From a virus: 64,000 nt of DNA. Location of the stretch: IMG/VR virus record IMGVR_UViG_3300033066_001740, positions 18,607-82,606 of that record; one strand, written 5' to 3'. Below, in pieces: positions 1-8,508 of the stretch. Each line of letters opens with the position of its first letter. The stretch's first letter is position 1. The position numbers and the translations under genes were made by a program. The notes below the pieces were generated by a model. It was not told the origin of the DNA, made no database searches, and was given only the letters and a program-made list of their open reading frames with translations.

Positions 1-632
1 ACTTTTCTTTCTTTTTTCTCCAATGCTTTCTGTTCTTCAACAGTCAATTCTCTGTCTTCATTGGGTGCTGGCAACTTTACTGAATTACCTGATTCGGCAG
101 CATCAGCTACAGGATCAATTTCTTCAAACCCTTTAACCGGGCTGAATGGGTTTTTCAGCATTTCAGCATATTGAGCCAAAGTCATAAACTTACCCAAATG
201 CTTATTGAAGGTTTCAGTAGGATTCATCTTCCTAACCTTGAAATCTTCCATTACCGTACCATTGACGATATAATCTACCGCAATGTTCCACAACTTAGGA
301 AGTCTAGAGCCTCTACGTTGGGGATGCATGTATAAAGCGTGCCAAGCTTCGTGAGCGCAGATGATACGCAAACCAATCTTTGACTGCTTGAGAACGAACT
401 TAGGGTTCCAGTAATATCTCTTACCATCGGTGGCAGCGGTAGGGATATTCAAAGTACAAATATGTTCTACTGGATACATCAATCCGAAAATTAACGGATC
501 ACCACCCATTCCAGTTCCAACATGTTCGTTGTTATATCTGGTGCCCAACTCCAAGAATATTCTCGAAAGTTTCTCCTCAGCCTGGGCAACCAGCTTATCG
601 TTTACTTGTCCAATTACTTTAGCAAATTTCAT
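1..632 (-). CDS. DUF2201-like metallopeptidase / VWA-associated protein, truncated at window edge
   Basis: Manual translation from ATG at 632: MKFAKVIG...TAATDGKRYYWNPKF...ICAHEAWHALYMHPQRR...WNIAVDYIVN (HExxH). Lies directly downstream of a MoxR ATPase. Confidence 0.8.
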   Translation of the reverse strand, partial: MKFAKVIGQVNDKLVAQAEEKLSRIFLELGTRYNNEHVGTGMGGDPLIFGLMYPVEHICTLNIPTAATDGKRYYWNPKFVLKQSKIGLRIICAHEAWHALYMHPQRRGSRLPKLWNIAVDYIVNGTVMEDFKVRKMNPTETFNKHLGKFMTLAQYAEMLKNPFSPVKGFEEIDPVADAAESGNSVKLPAPNEDRELTVEEQKALEKKERK

Positions 633-670
633 GCAATCTCCATGTAATTATATATCCTGGAGAATTAGAA

Positions 671-1819
671 TCAGCCTTCATCAACTTGCTTGTTGATCTT
701 GCTAAGAACTTGCTCCCAATCAGGATGCTCATCCAAGTTGAACTTGATGATACGATCTACCTGAATCTGGCTTCTCACAGCCACCAAAACGTTTTCGTAT
801 GAAACCTTGCTCAAGAATTGACCAACGTGTCTGACGCTATCAGGAATTGAACCATCCTTGGATTGATCCAATTGTGTTGCCAATCTAGCACAGGTAATCA
901 TACAGGCGACCAATCTCTTGGTTAATTCCAATGAATTATATCTGTTGATGATATCCTTGCCGTTATAGATATCCTCAATCATTGGAAGAAGTTGCTGATA
1001 GTGTTCGTAGTAATTGCTGTACTTAATGCCGGCATCTTTACCTACACAACCACAAACCTTCTTATTCAGAAGAGCTGGTGACCAACCTCTTTCTTCGCCC
1101 TTATGCAGAATCTCAGAGGCACGATGCCATCCACGAGGAGAAGGATCGGCATATCTGTCTTCTGGATCAACAGCACCGAACAGATCCTTTGGATGATCGT
1201 TGATGTATGCCGTGATCGAAGGATGAATATGACCGGATTTACCAGCCCATTCCAGCCAAGAGGCTGCATCAGCTTCAACTAGATACTTTTCAGCTCTATC
1301 TAGCAAAGGAAGGCTGGGACGTGACCCGCCTTCTGAAATCAAGTTACCAGTCATGATAATGCCCTGCAAATTATGCAATGGCTGACCGTTAATGGATCTG
1401 AACTGAGTAAACTCCAACAGAGGAGCCCAAAGGCTGGGATCTGCCTTATCTACTTCATCCAAAAGAGCTACGACACCTTTCTTGCCAGCAAGCATAGGCT
1501 CATAGAATTTAGGAAGAAGGAATTCGACGAATCTCTTTCTCTTCTCATCATCGCTAGCAGAGGCACGCCCCATGATATCTGGATAGCCGCCCATGTCAAC
1601 TCTTTCTAAAACCGACAAGTTGATATACACCTCATGCATATCGGCTTTTTTGATTTCTTGCTTGGAAATCTCGGTTTTTCCGGTTCCTCTACGACCGAAA
1701 ATAGCAATGTTTCCACCAATCTGAATTGAGGCGGCTACGTGTTCAGATAGGTCCTTTGTTTGAAGTCTCTCTAGATTGAAATCAGAAGATGACATCTGTG
1801 CTTGTGCGTTGTTAGCCAT
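671..1819 (-). CDS. MoxR-like AAA+ ATPase
   Basis: Walker A GRRGTGKT, Walker B LLDEVDK, PSPRGW motif. Confidence 0.85.
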   Translation of the reverse strand: MANNAQAQMSSSDFNLERLQTKDLSEHVAASIQIGGNIAIFGRRGTGKTEISKQEIKKADMHEVYINLSVLERVDMGGYPDIMGRASASDDEKRKRFVEFLLPKFYEPMLAGKKGVVALLDEVDKADPSLWAPLLEFTQFRSINGQPLHNLQGIIMTGNLISEGGSRPSLPLLDRAEKYLVEADAASWLEWAGKSGHIHPSITAYINDHPKDLFGAVDPEDRYADPSPRGWHRASEILHKGEERGWSPALLNKKVCGCVGKDAGIKYSNYYEHYQQLLPMIEDIYNGKDIINRYNSLELTKRLVACMITCARLATQLDQSKDGSIPDSVRHVGQFLSKVSYENVLVAVRSQIQVDRIIKFNLDEHPDWEQVLSKINKQVDEG

Positions 1820-1845
1820 GTTTTACTTTCTCCAAATATATACTC

Positions 1846-1874
1846 AAGATAAGACACGCCCCACCTTGAGTCAA
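1846..1874 (-). promoter_or_regulatory. sigma70-like promoter
   Basis: TTGACT-17 bp-TATCTT upstream of the MoxR gene. Confidence 0.55.
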
Positions 1875-1886
1875 GTTATCACACAT

Positions 1887-2195
1887 TTAATTTTTAATCT
1901 CATCTGGATCTTCTTCAAAAAGCAATTCATTATCTTTGTATTTTTGAAGAATATCTTGATGTACTTTCCAAATATCTCTACCAAAAGACAATGCCCCAGC
2001 TGTCCACCGTATTCTAACGATTAAGGACTCAGGGCATTCTACTTTTTTTAACTCCTCGCTCAGCCATAGTCCAGCATAACAAACCTCTCTTATGATGGGA
2101 GAGGCAGACACTTGCGGATAAAGCTGATTATCTTGTTCGATAATCTTAGACCAACGATCTATATCTTCGTCAGTGATTGACTCCGGTCTCGACAT
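1887..2195 (-). CDS. hypothetical protein
   Basis: ORF in operon context; ATG start MSRPES chosen. Confidence 0.7.
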   Translation of the reverse strand: MSRPESITDEDIDRWSKIIEQDNQLYPQVSASPIIREVCYAGLWLSEELKKVECPESLIVRIRWTAGALSFGRDIWKVHQDILQKYKDNELLFEEDPDEIKN

Positions 2196-3387
2196 GGGCA
2201 TCCTCAATAATTACTCGGCAGAATTTCTTCTTGCCTTTTCTTACCATTAACTCGTTATCATTGCTGAGACGACTAATATGTAAGGTGGGATCTGTGATTG
2301 TAATATCATTAATCGAAATGCCTCGACCATTAATAAGATTTCTTGCATCAGTTTTTGACTTAGCAAACTTGCAACTTACCAATAAATCAAGTACTGAAAG
2401 ATTATCTGGGATTGAGATTGCCTCAATTTCAGTTGCCTCTTTCTTCTCAAACAAGGCTTCAGCCTGTTTGAGCGCCGTTGCCGCTTCTGTCATACCATGA
2501 ACTATTTCAGTCAGTTCACATGCCAACATTTTCTTGGCTTGATTGATCTCTTCAATCGTTGAAAACGGAATCTTTTCAATTTCTTCCAGCGGAAGAAAGG
2601 TCAATAGTTTGAAACAATTGATCACTTCACTGTCTGGAAGATTTCTCCAAAATTGAAAGAAATCAAAAACTGATGTTAGATTTTTATCCAACCATACAGC
2701 TCCCTTTTCTGTTTTTCCCATTTTCTGACCAGCAGAATTGGTTAACAACGTTATTGTTAAACCAAATGCTTCACGCCCGGTCTTTTTATGGATCAAATCA
2801 ATTCCTGCCAAGATATTAGACCATTGATCATCTCCGCCTACTTGAAGCACACAGTTATGGCGCTTATTTAGCTCAAAGAAATCAAAAGCTTGCATCAACA
2901 TGTAGTTGAATTCCAAGAATGATAATCCATTTTCCATACGCGATCTAAAACAGTCCGCTCTCAACATGTTGTTGACTGAAAAATGTCTACCGATTTCAGA
3001 AATGAACCACATGAAATTCATATCCCCAAACCAACTCACATTATCAATGATATCGCCACCATCGACAAAACTATGGATTTGTTTGGCAATTTTGCTTCCA
3101 TTAGACATAGTTTGACCTAAATCTAATGCCTGTCTCATAGAACTTTTGCCACTAGGATCGCCAATGCTGGCAGTGGCTCCACCAACTAACATAATTGGAT
3201 TATGTCCAGCGTTTTTAAGACGAACAGCGGTAATAAGTTGTAGTAAGTGTCCTACATGCAAACTTTGTGCAGTGGGATCAAATCCAATGTAGAAACTGAT
3301 TTGTTCGTTGTCCAAAAGATGTTTAATCTTGTTATGATCAGTTGATTGTTTAATCAATCCCCTCTGAATCAGTTCCTCGAATATCAT
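2170..3387 (-). CDS. tyrS: tyrosyl-tRNA synthetase
   Basis: YIGFDPTAQSLHVGH (HIGH), QVGGDDQWSNI, KMGKT (KMSKS), C-terminal S4-like domain ending RKGKKK. Confidence 0.97.
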   Translation of the reverse strand: MIFEELIQRGLIKQSTDHNKIKHLLDNEQISFYIGFDPTAQSLHVGHLLQLITAVRLKNAGHNPIMLVGGATASIGDPSGKSSMRQALDLGQTMSNGSKIAKQIHSFVDGGDIIDNVSWFGDMNFMWFISEIGRHFSVNNMLRADCFRSRMENGLSFLEFNYMLMQAFDFFELNKRHNCVLQVGGDDQWSNILAGIDLIHKKTGREAFGLTITLLTNSAGQKMGKTEKGAVWLDKNLTSVFDFFQFWRNLPDSEVINCFKLLTFLPLEEIEKIPFSTIEEINQAKKMLACELTEIVHGMTEAATALKQAEALFEKKEATEIEAISIPDNLSVLDLLVSCKFAKSKTDARNLINGRGISINDITITDPTLHISRLSNDNELMVRKGKKKFCRVIIEDAHVETGVNH

Positions 3388-3685
3388 TGTTTTCTTCACT
3401 TTCGGTGTTTACAATTTCTACTAATACATCGCCATGGCAAGATAGTGGATGGCACCAACATCCTAGTATCTTGCCTTTCAATTCATTCTTTGCTGCTTCT
3501 AACAGCCAAGGTGTATTCATGATGTAATTACGATAGCATTCAATAGCTTCTTCCCTTGAATCTACTTTATGTATGGCGAGTGTCCCCGGCAGATGGGAAA
3601 AAGGGTTGCCAAATTTCGAAGGTCTTCCAATATAAACATCATACTTGTCCTTCTTGCAATGGACAACTCTTGATTTATTATTCAT
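3350..3685 (-). CDS. DUF4326 family protein
   Basis: VYIGRPSKFGNPF...LKGKILGCWCHPLSCHGDVL. Confidence 0.9.
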   Translation of the reverse strand: MNNKSRVVHCKKDKYDVYIGRPSKFGNPFSHLPGTLAIHKVDSREEAIECYRNYIMNTPWLLEAAKNELKGKILGCWCHPLSCHGDVLVEIVNTESEENNDIRGTDSEGID

Positions 3686-3982
3686 TTATAACCAACTAAT
3701 TTTAATTACTTTTTCCTGATCCCAATCTGTATTGGAATACCAAGCTACGATTTCTTCATCAAAGTCTACTTTGAAGCCATCTTTACGTAAACGATCAGCT
3801 ACATGATTCCAAACAGAGCTAGAAACATTAAATCTACTCAAATAGAGTGTTTGACTATATTTGCCATATTTGGCAGTAGTAGTGACTTCTACTTCAATAA
3901 GTCGTAATGTTTCTAGAATTTTCGGATCATCCGCATCTTTGTTGGCTCGATCAGCAATTACTTTTAGATTACTTGCTTGCAT
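3686..3982 (-). CDS. hypothetical protein
   Basis: ORF abutting the next gene. Confidence 0.7.
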   Translation of the reverse strand: MQASNLKVIADRANKDADDPKILETLRLIEVEVTTTAKYGKYSQTLYLSRFNVSSSVWNHVADRLRKDGFKVDFDEEIVAWYSNTDWDQEKVIKISWL

Positions 3983-3993
3983 AAATCACCAAA

Positions 3994-4022
3994 TAAAAAA
4001 GCCCACAAAATCTATGTGGGCT
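3994..4022 (-). terminator. intrinsic terminator after tRNA cluster
   Basis: AGCCCACA-loop-TGTGGGCT followed by a T-run on the minus strand. Confidence 0.75.
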
Positions 4023-4027
4023 CGTCT

Positions 4028-4103
4028 TGGCACCCCTGCTAGGAATCGAACCTAGCCAACAAGCTTCGTAGACTCGTGCCGTGAAATCCACACGGACAGG
4101 GGC
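4028..4103 (-). tRNA. tRNA-Arg(ACG)
   Basis: Cloverleaf; anticodon arm CGAGT-CTACGAA-GCTTG; GTTCGA; CCA end. Confidence 0.85.
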
Positions 4104-4158
4104 ATATTAAATTGTTTTAATATTCCTAGAACCAAATTTCTTCTGTATATTTCATACA

Positions 4159-4244
4159 TGGTATCTCTGACAGGACTCGAACCTGCATATGGTAATTAAA
4201 CCCTTCGTTCGTAGCGAAGTGCTCATCCATTGAGCGACAGAGAT
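4159..4244 (-). tRNA. tRNA-Arg(ACG) with long variable arm
   Basis: CTTCG-CTACGAA-CGAAG; 16-nt variable region GGTTTAATTACCATAT; CCA end. Confidence 0.85.
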
Positions 4245-4251
4245 ATAAATC

Positions 4252-4324
4252 TGGCACCCCATAAAGGAGTTGAACCTTTCAAGACAAGTTTAGAAGACTC
4301 GTCCGCGCTGCCGGCGCATGGGGC
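4252..4324 (-). tRNA. tRNA-Arg(TCT)
   Basis: CGAGT-CTTCTAA-ACTTG; CCA end; short D-loop. Confidence 0.8.
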
Positions 4325-4382
4325 ATAAAAACTGGGGAAACATACTTTACTCAACGGTACCCGCCCGTTAACAATACATTTC

Positions 4383-4457
4383 TGGTGATCCCAGGGGGAA
4401 TCGAACCCCCGTTAGTAGATTGAGAATCTACCGTCCTAGCCGCTAGACGATGGGACC
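4383..4457 (-). tRNA. tRNA-Glu(CTC)
   Basis: GTAGA-TTCTCAA-TCTAC; CCA end. Confidence 0.92.
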
Positions 4458-4460
4458 GTC

Positions 4461-4534
4461 TGGCACCCCGTAGGAGTATCGATCTCCTGTTCAAGCATTG
4501 AAAGCGCTTTGTCCTACCATTAGACGAACGGGGC
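4461..4534 (-). tRNA. tRNA-Glu(TTC)
   Basis: AAGCG-CTTTCAA-TGCTT; atypical T-loop ATCGATA; CCA end. Confidence 0.85.
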
Positions 4535-4542
4535 GTAATATC

Positions 4543-4619
4543 TGGTGATCCCGGTGGGGGTCGAGCCCAACACCTCTCGGTTGAAAGCCGAGCATTCAGA
4601 GCCGCTAAACTACGGGACC
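4543..4619 (-). tRNA. tRNA-Glu(TTC), divergent
   Basis: CTCGG-CTTTCAA-CCGAG; T-loop CTCGACC; CCA end. Confidence 0.75.
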
Positions 4620-4635
4620 AAAACAAGTCTTAACA

Positions 4636-5130
4636 TTATATATCTTTATTAGCAACATTCTTTCTATTTTTGGAGCAAAATGTATCAGTTTGTGAGTGGC
4701 AATTAGGACAAAGAAATCTCAAGTTTTCTTTACGATTATCTAATCCATTACCATTGATGTGATCAATTTGAAGTACTAATTTCTTTCCGTTCCACTCGGA
4801 ACCTATAGAGCATAGTAAACATTTCTCTTCTACACCAGATTCTATCAACGCTTGTTTTATTCTCCAACCATGATCTCTGCGACCATTAAAACGATCCAAT
4901 ACTAAAACATTTTCACAATCTATTTTATGAGGAGATACTTTGCCACGATTATGAGATTGTCCTGTAAAATGAGATACGTCTATATTGTAAAGTTTACATC
5001 TAGATTTCAAATGAGAGCTACTGCCACCACTAATTTTCAAACCAAGTTTTCTCATTACTTCTTGATAAGAAGATGAATCTTTAACTACTTGCTCTAATAA
5101 TTCTTTCGAATATTTAATTCTGCAATTCAT
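4636..5130 (-). CDS. HNH homing-type endonuclease
   Basis: CLLC...LQIDHINGNGLDNRKENLRFLCPNCHSQT; sits inside a tRNA cluster. Confidence 0.92.
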   Translation of the reverse strand: MNCRIKYSKELLEQVVKDSSSYQEVMRKLGLKISGGSSSHLKSRCKLYNIDVSHFTGQSHNRGKVSPHKIDCENVLVLDRFNGRRDHGWRIKQALIESGVEEKCLLCSIGSEWNGKKLVLQIDHINGNGLDNRKENLRFLCPNCHSQTDTFCSKNRKNVANKDI

Positions 5131-5131
5131 T

Positions 5132-5208
5132 TGGTGACAATGGTGAGACTCGAACTCACACTGTAAGGCTTCTTAGACCTTCGCCTCCTGCCATTGGGCT
5201 ACATTGCC
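5132..5208 (-). tRNA. tRNA-Leu(AAG), short variable loop
   Basis: AAGGT-CTAAGAA-GCCTT; A73; CCA end. Confidence 0.85.
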
Positions 5209-5211
5209 ATT

Positions 5212-5298
5212 TGGTGTCACTGATAGGATTTGAACCTACACGTCCTTTCGGACACATCATTCTAAGCGATGCGCGGCTGCCAATTACGCCACAGTGAC
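5212..5298 (-). tRNA. tRNA-Leu(TAG)
   Basis: CATCG-CTTAGAA-TGATG; long variable arm GTCC-GAAA-GGAC; CCA end. Confidence 0.92.
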
Positions 5299-5303
5299 AA
5301 AAG

Positions 5304-5376
5304 TGCCCAGGATGGGACTCGAACCCATAAATTACGTTTCTGAGACGTAAACGGTTGCCAATTACGTCACCTGGGC
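5304..5376 (-). tRNA. tRNA-Leu(CAG), short variable loop, no encoded CCA
   Basis: TACGT-CTCAGAA-ACGTA; GTTCGAG. Confidence 0.85.
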
Positions 5377-5385
5377 ATGCTGAAG

Positions 5386-5393
5386 ATATATCA
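5386..5393 (-). promoter_or_regulatory. TGATATAT putative phage promoter motif
   Basis: Recurrent motif just upstream of tRNA clusters and genes (see findings). Confidence 0.6.
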
Positions 5394-5408
5394 GCTTATT
5401 ACTATGTT

Positions 5409-5858
5409 TTATAGTTTCTTGTGTCTGTAATGCTTGAACTTATCGTAAAAATCATTACTTATTTTATTCCAAGGAGCAAAACAGAGCTGATATGGTCCCG
5501 CTTTTCTCCTAGCTATCTTAATGATTTCAGATCCAATTCCTTGTCTACGATAATCATTTGAAATAAATATCTCAAACAAAATACCTTGAGATGGTTTGAA
5601 TCCACCCTGTGATTTTTTGAAGTAGTAATCACTAGGCTCCTTGGACATTAAAGCCCAACCTACTAAATCATCATTTGCATAAGCCAAAATAATCTTGGCT
5701 TCTACTTCACGGACTTTAGCAATTCTCTCAAACGAATTCAATTCATGGTTCATTCCAGAGAAATGATTCAACGTTAACTTTCTTAGTTTTTTAAGAAGGT
5801 CTTTGTCGTTTGCAATTTCATTAAAACTTTTGACACGAATAGTTAAATCCACATTCAT
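5409..5858 (-). CDS. GNAT acetyltransferase
   Basis: IFISNDYRRQGIGSEII acetyl-CoA motif A; start corrected to MNVDL because the longer ORF overlaps a tRNA. Confidence 0.8.
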   Translation of the reverse strand: MNVDLTIRVKSFNEIANDKDLLKKLRKLTLNHFSGMNHELNSFERIAKVREVEAKIILAYANDDLVGWALMSKEPSDYYFKKSQGGFKPSQGILFEIFISNDYRRQGIGSEIIKIARRKAGPYQLCFAPWNKISNDFYDKFKHYRHKKL

Positions 5859-5882
5859 AATCTTCAATTGATGAATAATTGC

Positions 5883-5967
5883 TGGTGCCAACGAAGGGAG
5901 TCGAACCCTTATGCCCGAAGGCGCTGGAGTTTGAAGCCAGTGCGTCTGCCAGTTCCGCCACATTGGC
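5883..5967 (-). tRNA. tRNA-Leu(CAA)
   Basis: Leu-type body GCCAATGTGGCGGAACTGGCAGACGC; loop TTCAAAC; long variable arm; CCA end. Confidence 0.88.
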
Positions 5968-6144
5968 ATGATATACAGATGTATATCTAATTAAGCCCAT
6001 AATTTATTTAAGAATGCCCTTTACAAGAGTAGCAAGCAAAAATACTACGAATAATACTCCAACCCATGATGGAAAAAGTGATCTGCCACCAACTAACTTA
6101 GGATCCAAAAGCTTATTTCTTAAATCACTCACTATACACTTCCT

Positions 6145-6172
6145 ATTGTAAATCTATTTTTTATTGCGTCAA
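6145..6172 (-). promoter_or_regulatory. sigma70-like promoter
   Basis: TTGACG-16 bp-TACAAT. Confidence 0.45.
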
Positions 6173-6640
6173 GGTCGGGTTAATGTAAATAATATCTTCG
6201 TCGCTTTTTACCGACCTGGCATATTCCACACAATTTCCCGTGCCGCCCGTTGTGCCGTCCCAAACTGCAATGAGCTTAGTACAATTGTCAACCATCCATT
6301 TGTTTCTAATCTGCATCTTTTCCACAGAATAGCCACCCGGACTAACAATCACTACCTCAGATGCTAGGCTGATTAACTTAGCATAGATTCTCTGAGATTT
6401 TTGTGGCCATCTTGATTCTTGTCCTTTGAATGGGACAGCGGCAATAAATGGAATATCCAGTTTATGAGCAATATTAGCTGCCCATTGATCTACTCCAAGA
6501 GCCATTCCAGTAATCACTTTATCTGGTTTGAGGTCTTTTAGGTTCTTTTCAATTTCCTGACACACTTTGATGTATGTCGGATTTGGGAGATCGTATCCTC
6601 CCAATTTATCAGGTCTATGTCCAGTAAATGCTACAATCAT
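6161..6640 (-). CDS. SLOG / YspA (DUF1273-like) protein
   Basis: AFTGHRP...ITGMALGVDQWAA...RNKWMVD...AVWDGTTGGTGNCV. Confidence 0.9.
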   Translation of the reverse strand: MIVAFTGHRPDKLGGYDLPNPTYIKVCQEIEKNLKDLKPDKVITGMALGVDQWAANIAHKLDIPFIAAVPFKGQESRWPQKSQRIYAKLISLASEVVIVSPGGYSVEKMQIRNKWMVDNCTKLIAVWDGTTGGTGNCVEYARSVKSDEDIIYINPTLTQ

Positions 6641-6644
6641 AAGC

Positions 6645-6962
6645 TCACAAAAATGTTAAAATGGTTTTCAGCTTGCCAGGGAATTCTTCTGGAGCAAATG
6701 GAAGTTCGTAATCAAATACCTTAACTGCTTCGAAATAGTCTTTTGCAGATTGGGCTTCCGGATGAGATTTTTGCAAAATCGTTTTCCCTCGCCAATAAAC
6801 TAACCTATACTCTTTGATTGAAACAGTCCATTTGTCATCACCCTTAAAAGTCTTATAACCAACTCTTACTGGACGATGTGCGTCGCATCCAATAAAGATT
6901 GTTCCACCTGCCCAATCTAATTTTTTGGATACTAAATCGCGCTGACAGAATCTACACTTCAT
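6645..6962 (-). CDS. hypothetical protein with C-terminal tag (KLKTILTFL)
   Basis: ORF; N-terminal CxxC. Confidence 0.7.
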   Translation of the reverse strand: MKCRFCQRDLVSKKLDWAGGTIFIGCDAHRPVRVGYKTFKGDDKWTVSIKEYRLVYWRGKTILQKSHPEAQSAKDYFEAVKVFDYELPFAPEEFPGKLKTILTFL

Positions 6963-7411
6963 GGTTTTGCGCCACCATAAGGATCATAGCACCAGCCACA
7001 ATCACATCCTGGAACTCTACGACAATTCCAACCCGGTTCATATTCTTCTTTCGGAGGAGCCGGTGGAGGTGAGGCTAAATCCGCTGCCTCTAAATGTCTG
7101 AACAAATCATTATCTGCAAATTGTTCTAGAGTCATAGGATCCTTATGTGGATAAGGTTGTGGAGTTTTCATTTCCTCTTCCTCAATCAGATCCACGAAAG
7201 AATCTCTTAACGCTTGATATTCGCCATTTCTTTGGAGATAGAATAATCCCACTTGCTTAGCACCAAGAACTCCAAGGTGCTCGCACTTTACTTTCACTTT
7301 ACCGTGAATCAGCGTATTGATATTCGCTGCAAATTCGAAAACCTTATCATACTCATCGAAGGTCAGCACGATGGGAAGGTTGACGAAAATTTCTTTAGGT
7401 TTGATGTTCAT
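6959..7411 (-). CDS. hypothetical protein
   Basis: ORF; Cys-rich C-terminus. Confidence 0.65.
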   Translation of the reverse strand: MNIKPKEIFVNLPIVLTFDEYDKVFEFAANINTLIHGKVKVKCEHLGVLGAKQVGLFYLQRNGEYQALRDSFVDLIEEEEMKTPQPYPHKDPMTLEQFADNDLFRHLEAADLASPPPAPPKEEYEPGWNCRRVPGCDCGWCYDPYGGAKP

Positions 7412-7643
7412 TGAAAAATCCTTCAGCTAACTCTTTCACATTCTCTCTTTTATAAGAGGGACGTTTACGATCAGTTAGCCAGTATAATAATCTAATCCAC
7501 CATATTTGTTTTGTGGCATATCTAATTTGACCATCTAAACGATCAACTTCACATCTACCACATTCATAAACGTAATTTGTGTCGGCATATGCTCGCCCAT
7601 GACGACCACAGCCGACACAATCGGTATACATTACCACGCCCAC
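7395..7643 (-). CDS. hypothetical protein
   Basis: ORF; CxxC pairs. Confidence 0.6.
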   Translation of the reverse strand: MGVVMYTDCVGCGRHGRAYADTNYVYECGRCEVDRLDGQIRYATKQIWWIRLLYWLTDRKRPSYKRENVKELAEGFFNEHQT

Positions 7644-7649
7644 ATTACC

Positions 7650-8300
7650 TCATATGTCGAATACTACGGGTTGTCTTTCAACACGATGTCTATCGTCACA
7701 CATGGCGGCATTGACAAATATCTTTCCATTCACTTCGGCAAGATTGCCACCTTGAAAATGGAAATGACCGAAAATATGTGCTTTCAGTTCTGTAAGCTTG
7801 TCAATTCTATCTATTAGATCTTGACACCCTTCATGCTGATTAGCATCTCCCCAATCATTGGCAATGAGATCAAGAATGCCTTTAGGAGGACCATGAGTGA
7901 TTAAAACATTTGTATTATCAGGAATCAAACTCCATTTGGCGGCGATGTCTGGTCCACGACGGAGATTAAATGCCCAATCGTAGAACCATGGCTGCCATGG
8001 AGAGCCCCAAAAATTCACTCCATTAATTGTAGTGCCGTAATCCTGAAGGTAAGTACCACCAGCTTCTTGGATTAGTTTAACTGCTACATCATGGCGTGGG
8101 TCTTGAAAACAGAAATCGTGATTTCCGCAAACAATAATTTTGTGTTTGAAATCTTGGACATTCAACCAACTAGCAAACTCTGCCAGTTTTTCAATACGTC
8201 CTCGATTAGTAATATCTCCCGCATGAACCAACACATCACCTTTTGGTAATTTAAGTTGGTAATGTTTTTCATGCGTGTCGGATATGGCAACTATTCTCAT
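7650..8300 (-). CDS. calcineurin-like metallophosphoesterase
   Basis: ISDTH, HAGD, GNHD, THGPP, FGHFH. Confidence 0.92.
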   Translation of the reverse strand: MRIVAISDTHEKHYQLKLPKGDVLVHAGDITNRGRIEKLAEFASWLNVQDFKHKIIVCGNHDFCFQDPRHDVAVKLIQEAGGTYLQDYGTTINGVNFWGSPWQPWFYDWAFNLRRGPDIAAKWSLIPDNTNVLITHGPPKGILDLIANDWGDANQHEGCQDLIDRIDKLTELKAHIFGHFHFQGGNLAEVNGKIFVNAAMCDDRHRVERQPVVFDI

Positions 8301-8500
8301 TCTGCCTCCATCTTCGTACTCACCCCTCGTGTGATGGGGGAGACAACCTTTCTTACTGAATTGTCTATCTTTTTCACATTAATCAAAATGGCGTAACCAT
8401 CACCTTCTGAAATAACTGTACTCCAGTTATACCACGCGTAATTGGATAGTTTCATTTTGAGTATCATACGGGCTTGGTTGGCTTCTGAAAATGTTGCCAT
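8297..8500 (-). CDS. hypothetical protein
   Basis: Short ORF with RBS AGGTG. Confidence 0.65.
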   Translation of the reverse strand: MATFSEANQARMILKMKLSNYAWYNWSTVISEGDGYAILINVKKIDNSVRKVVSPITRGVSTKMEAE

Positions 8501-8508
8501 AATTCACC

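Noticed and set aside
4351..4626. ORFs 4351..4626 and 41506..41835, and the N-terminal extensions of 5409..5969 and 57549..58046
   Set aside because: They run through clear tRNA genes; starts were corrected or the ORFs dropped.
5883..5967. Reading this tRNA as a TCA (opal suppressor or Sec) anticodon
   Set aside because: The stem register (CTGG/CCAG) centres the loop on CAA and the body is Leu-type.
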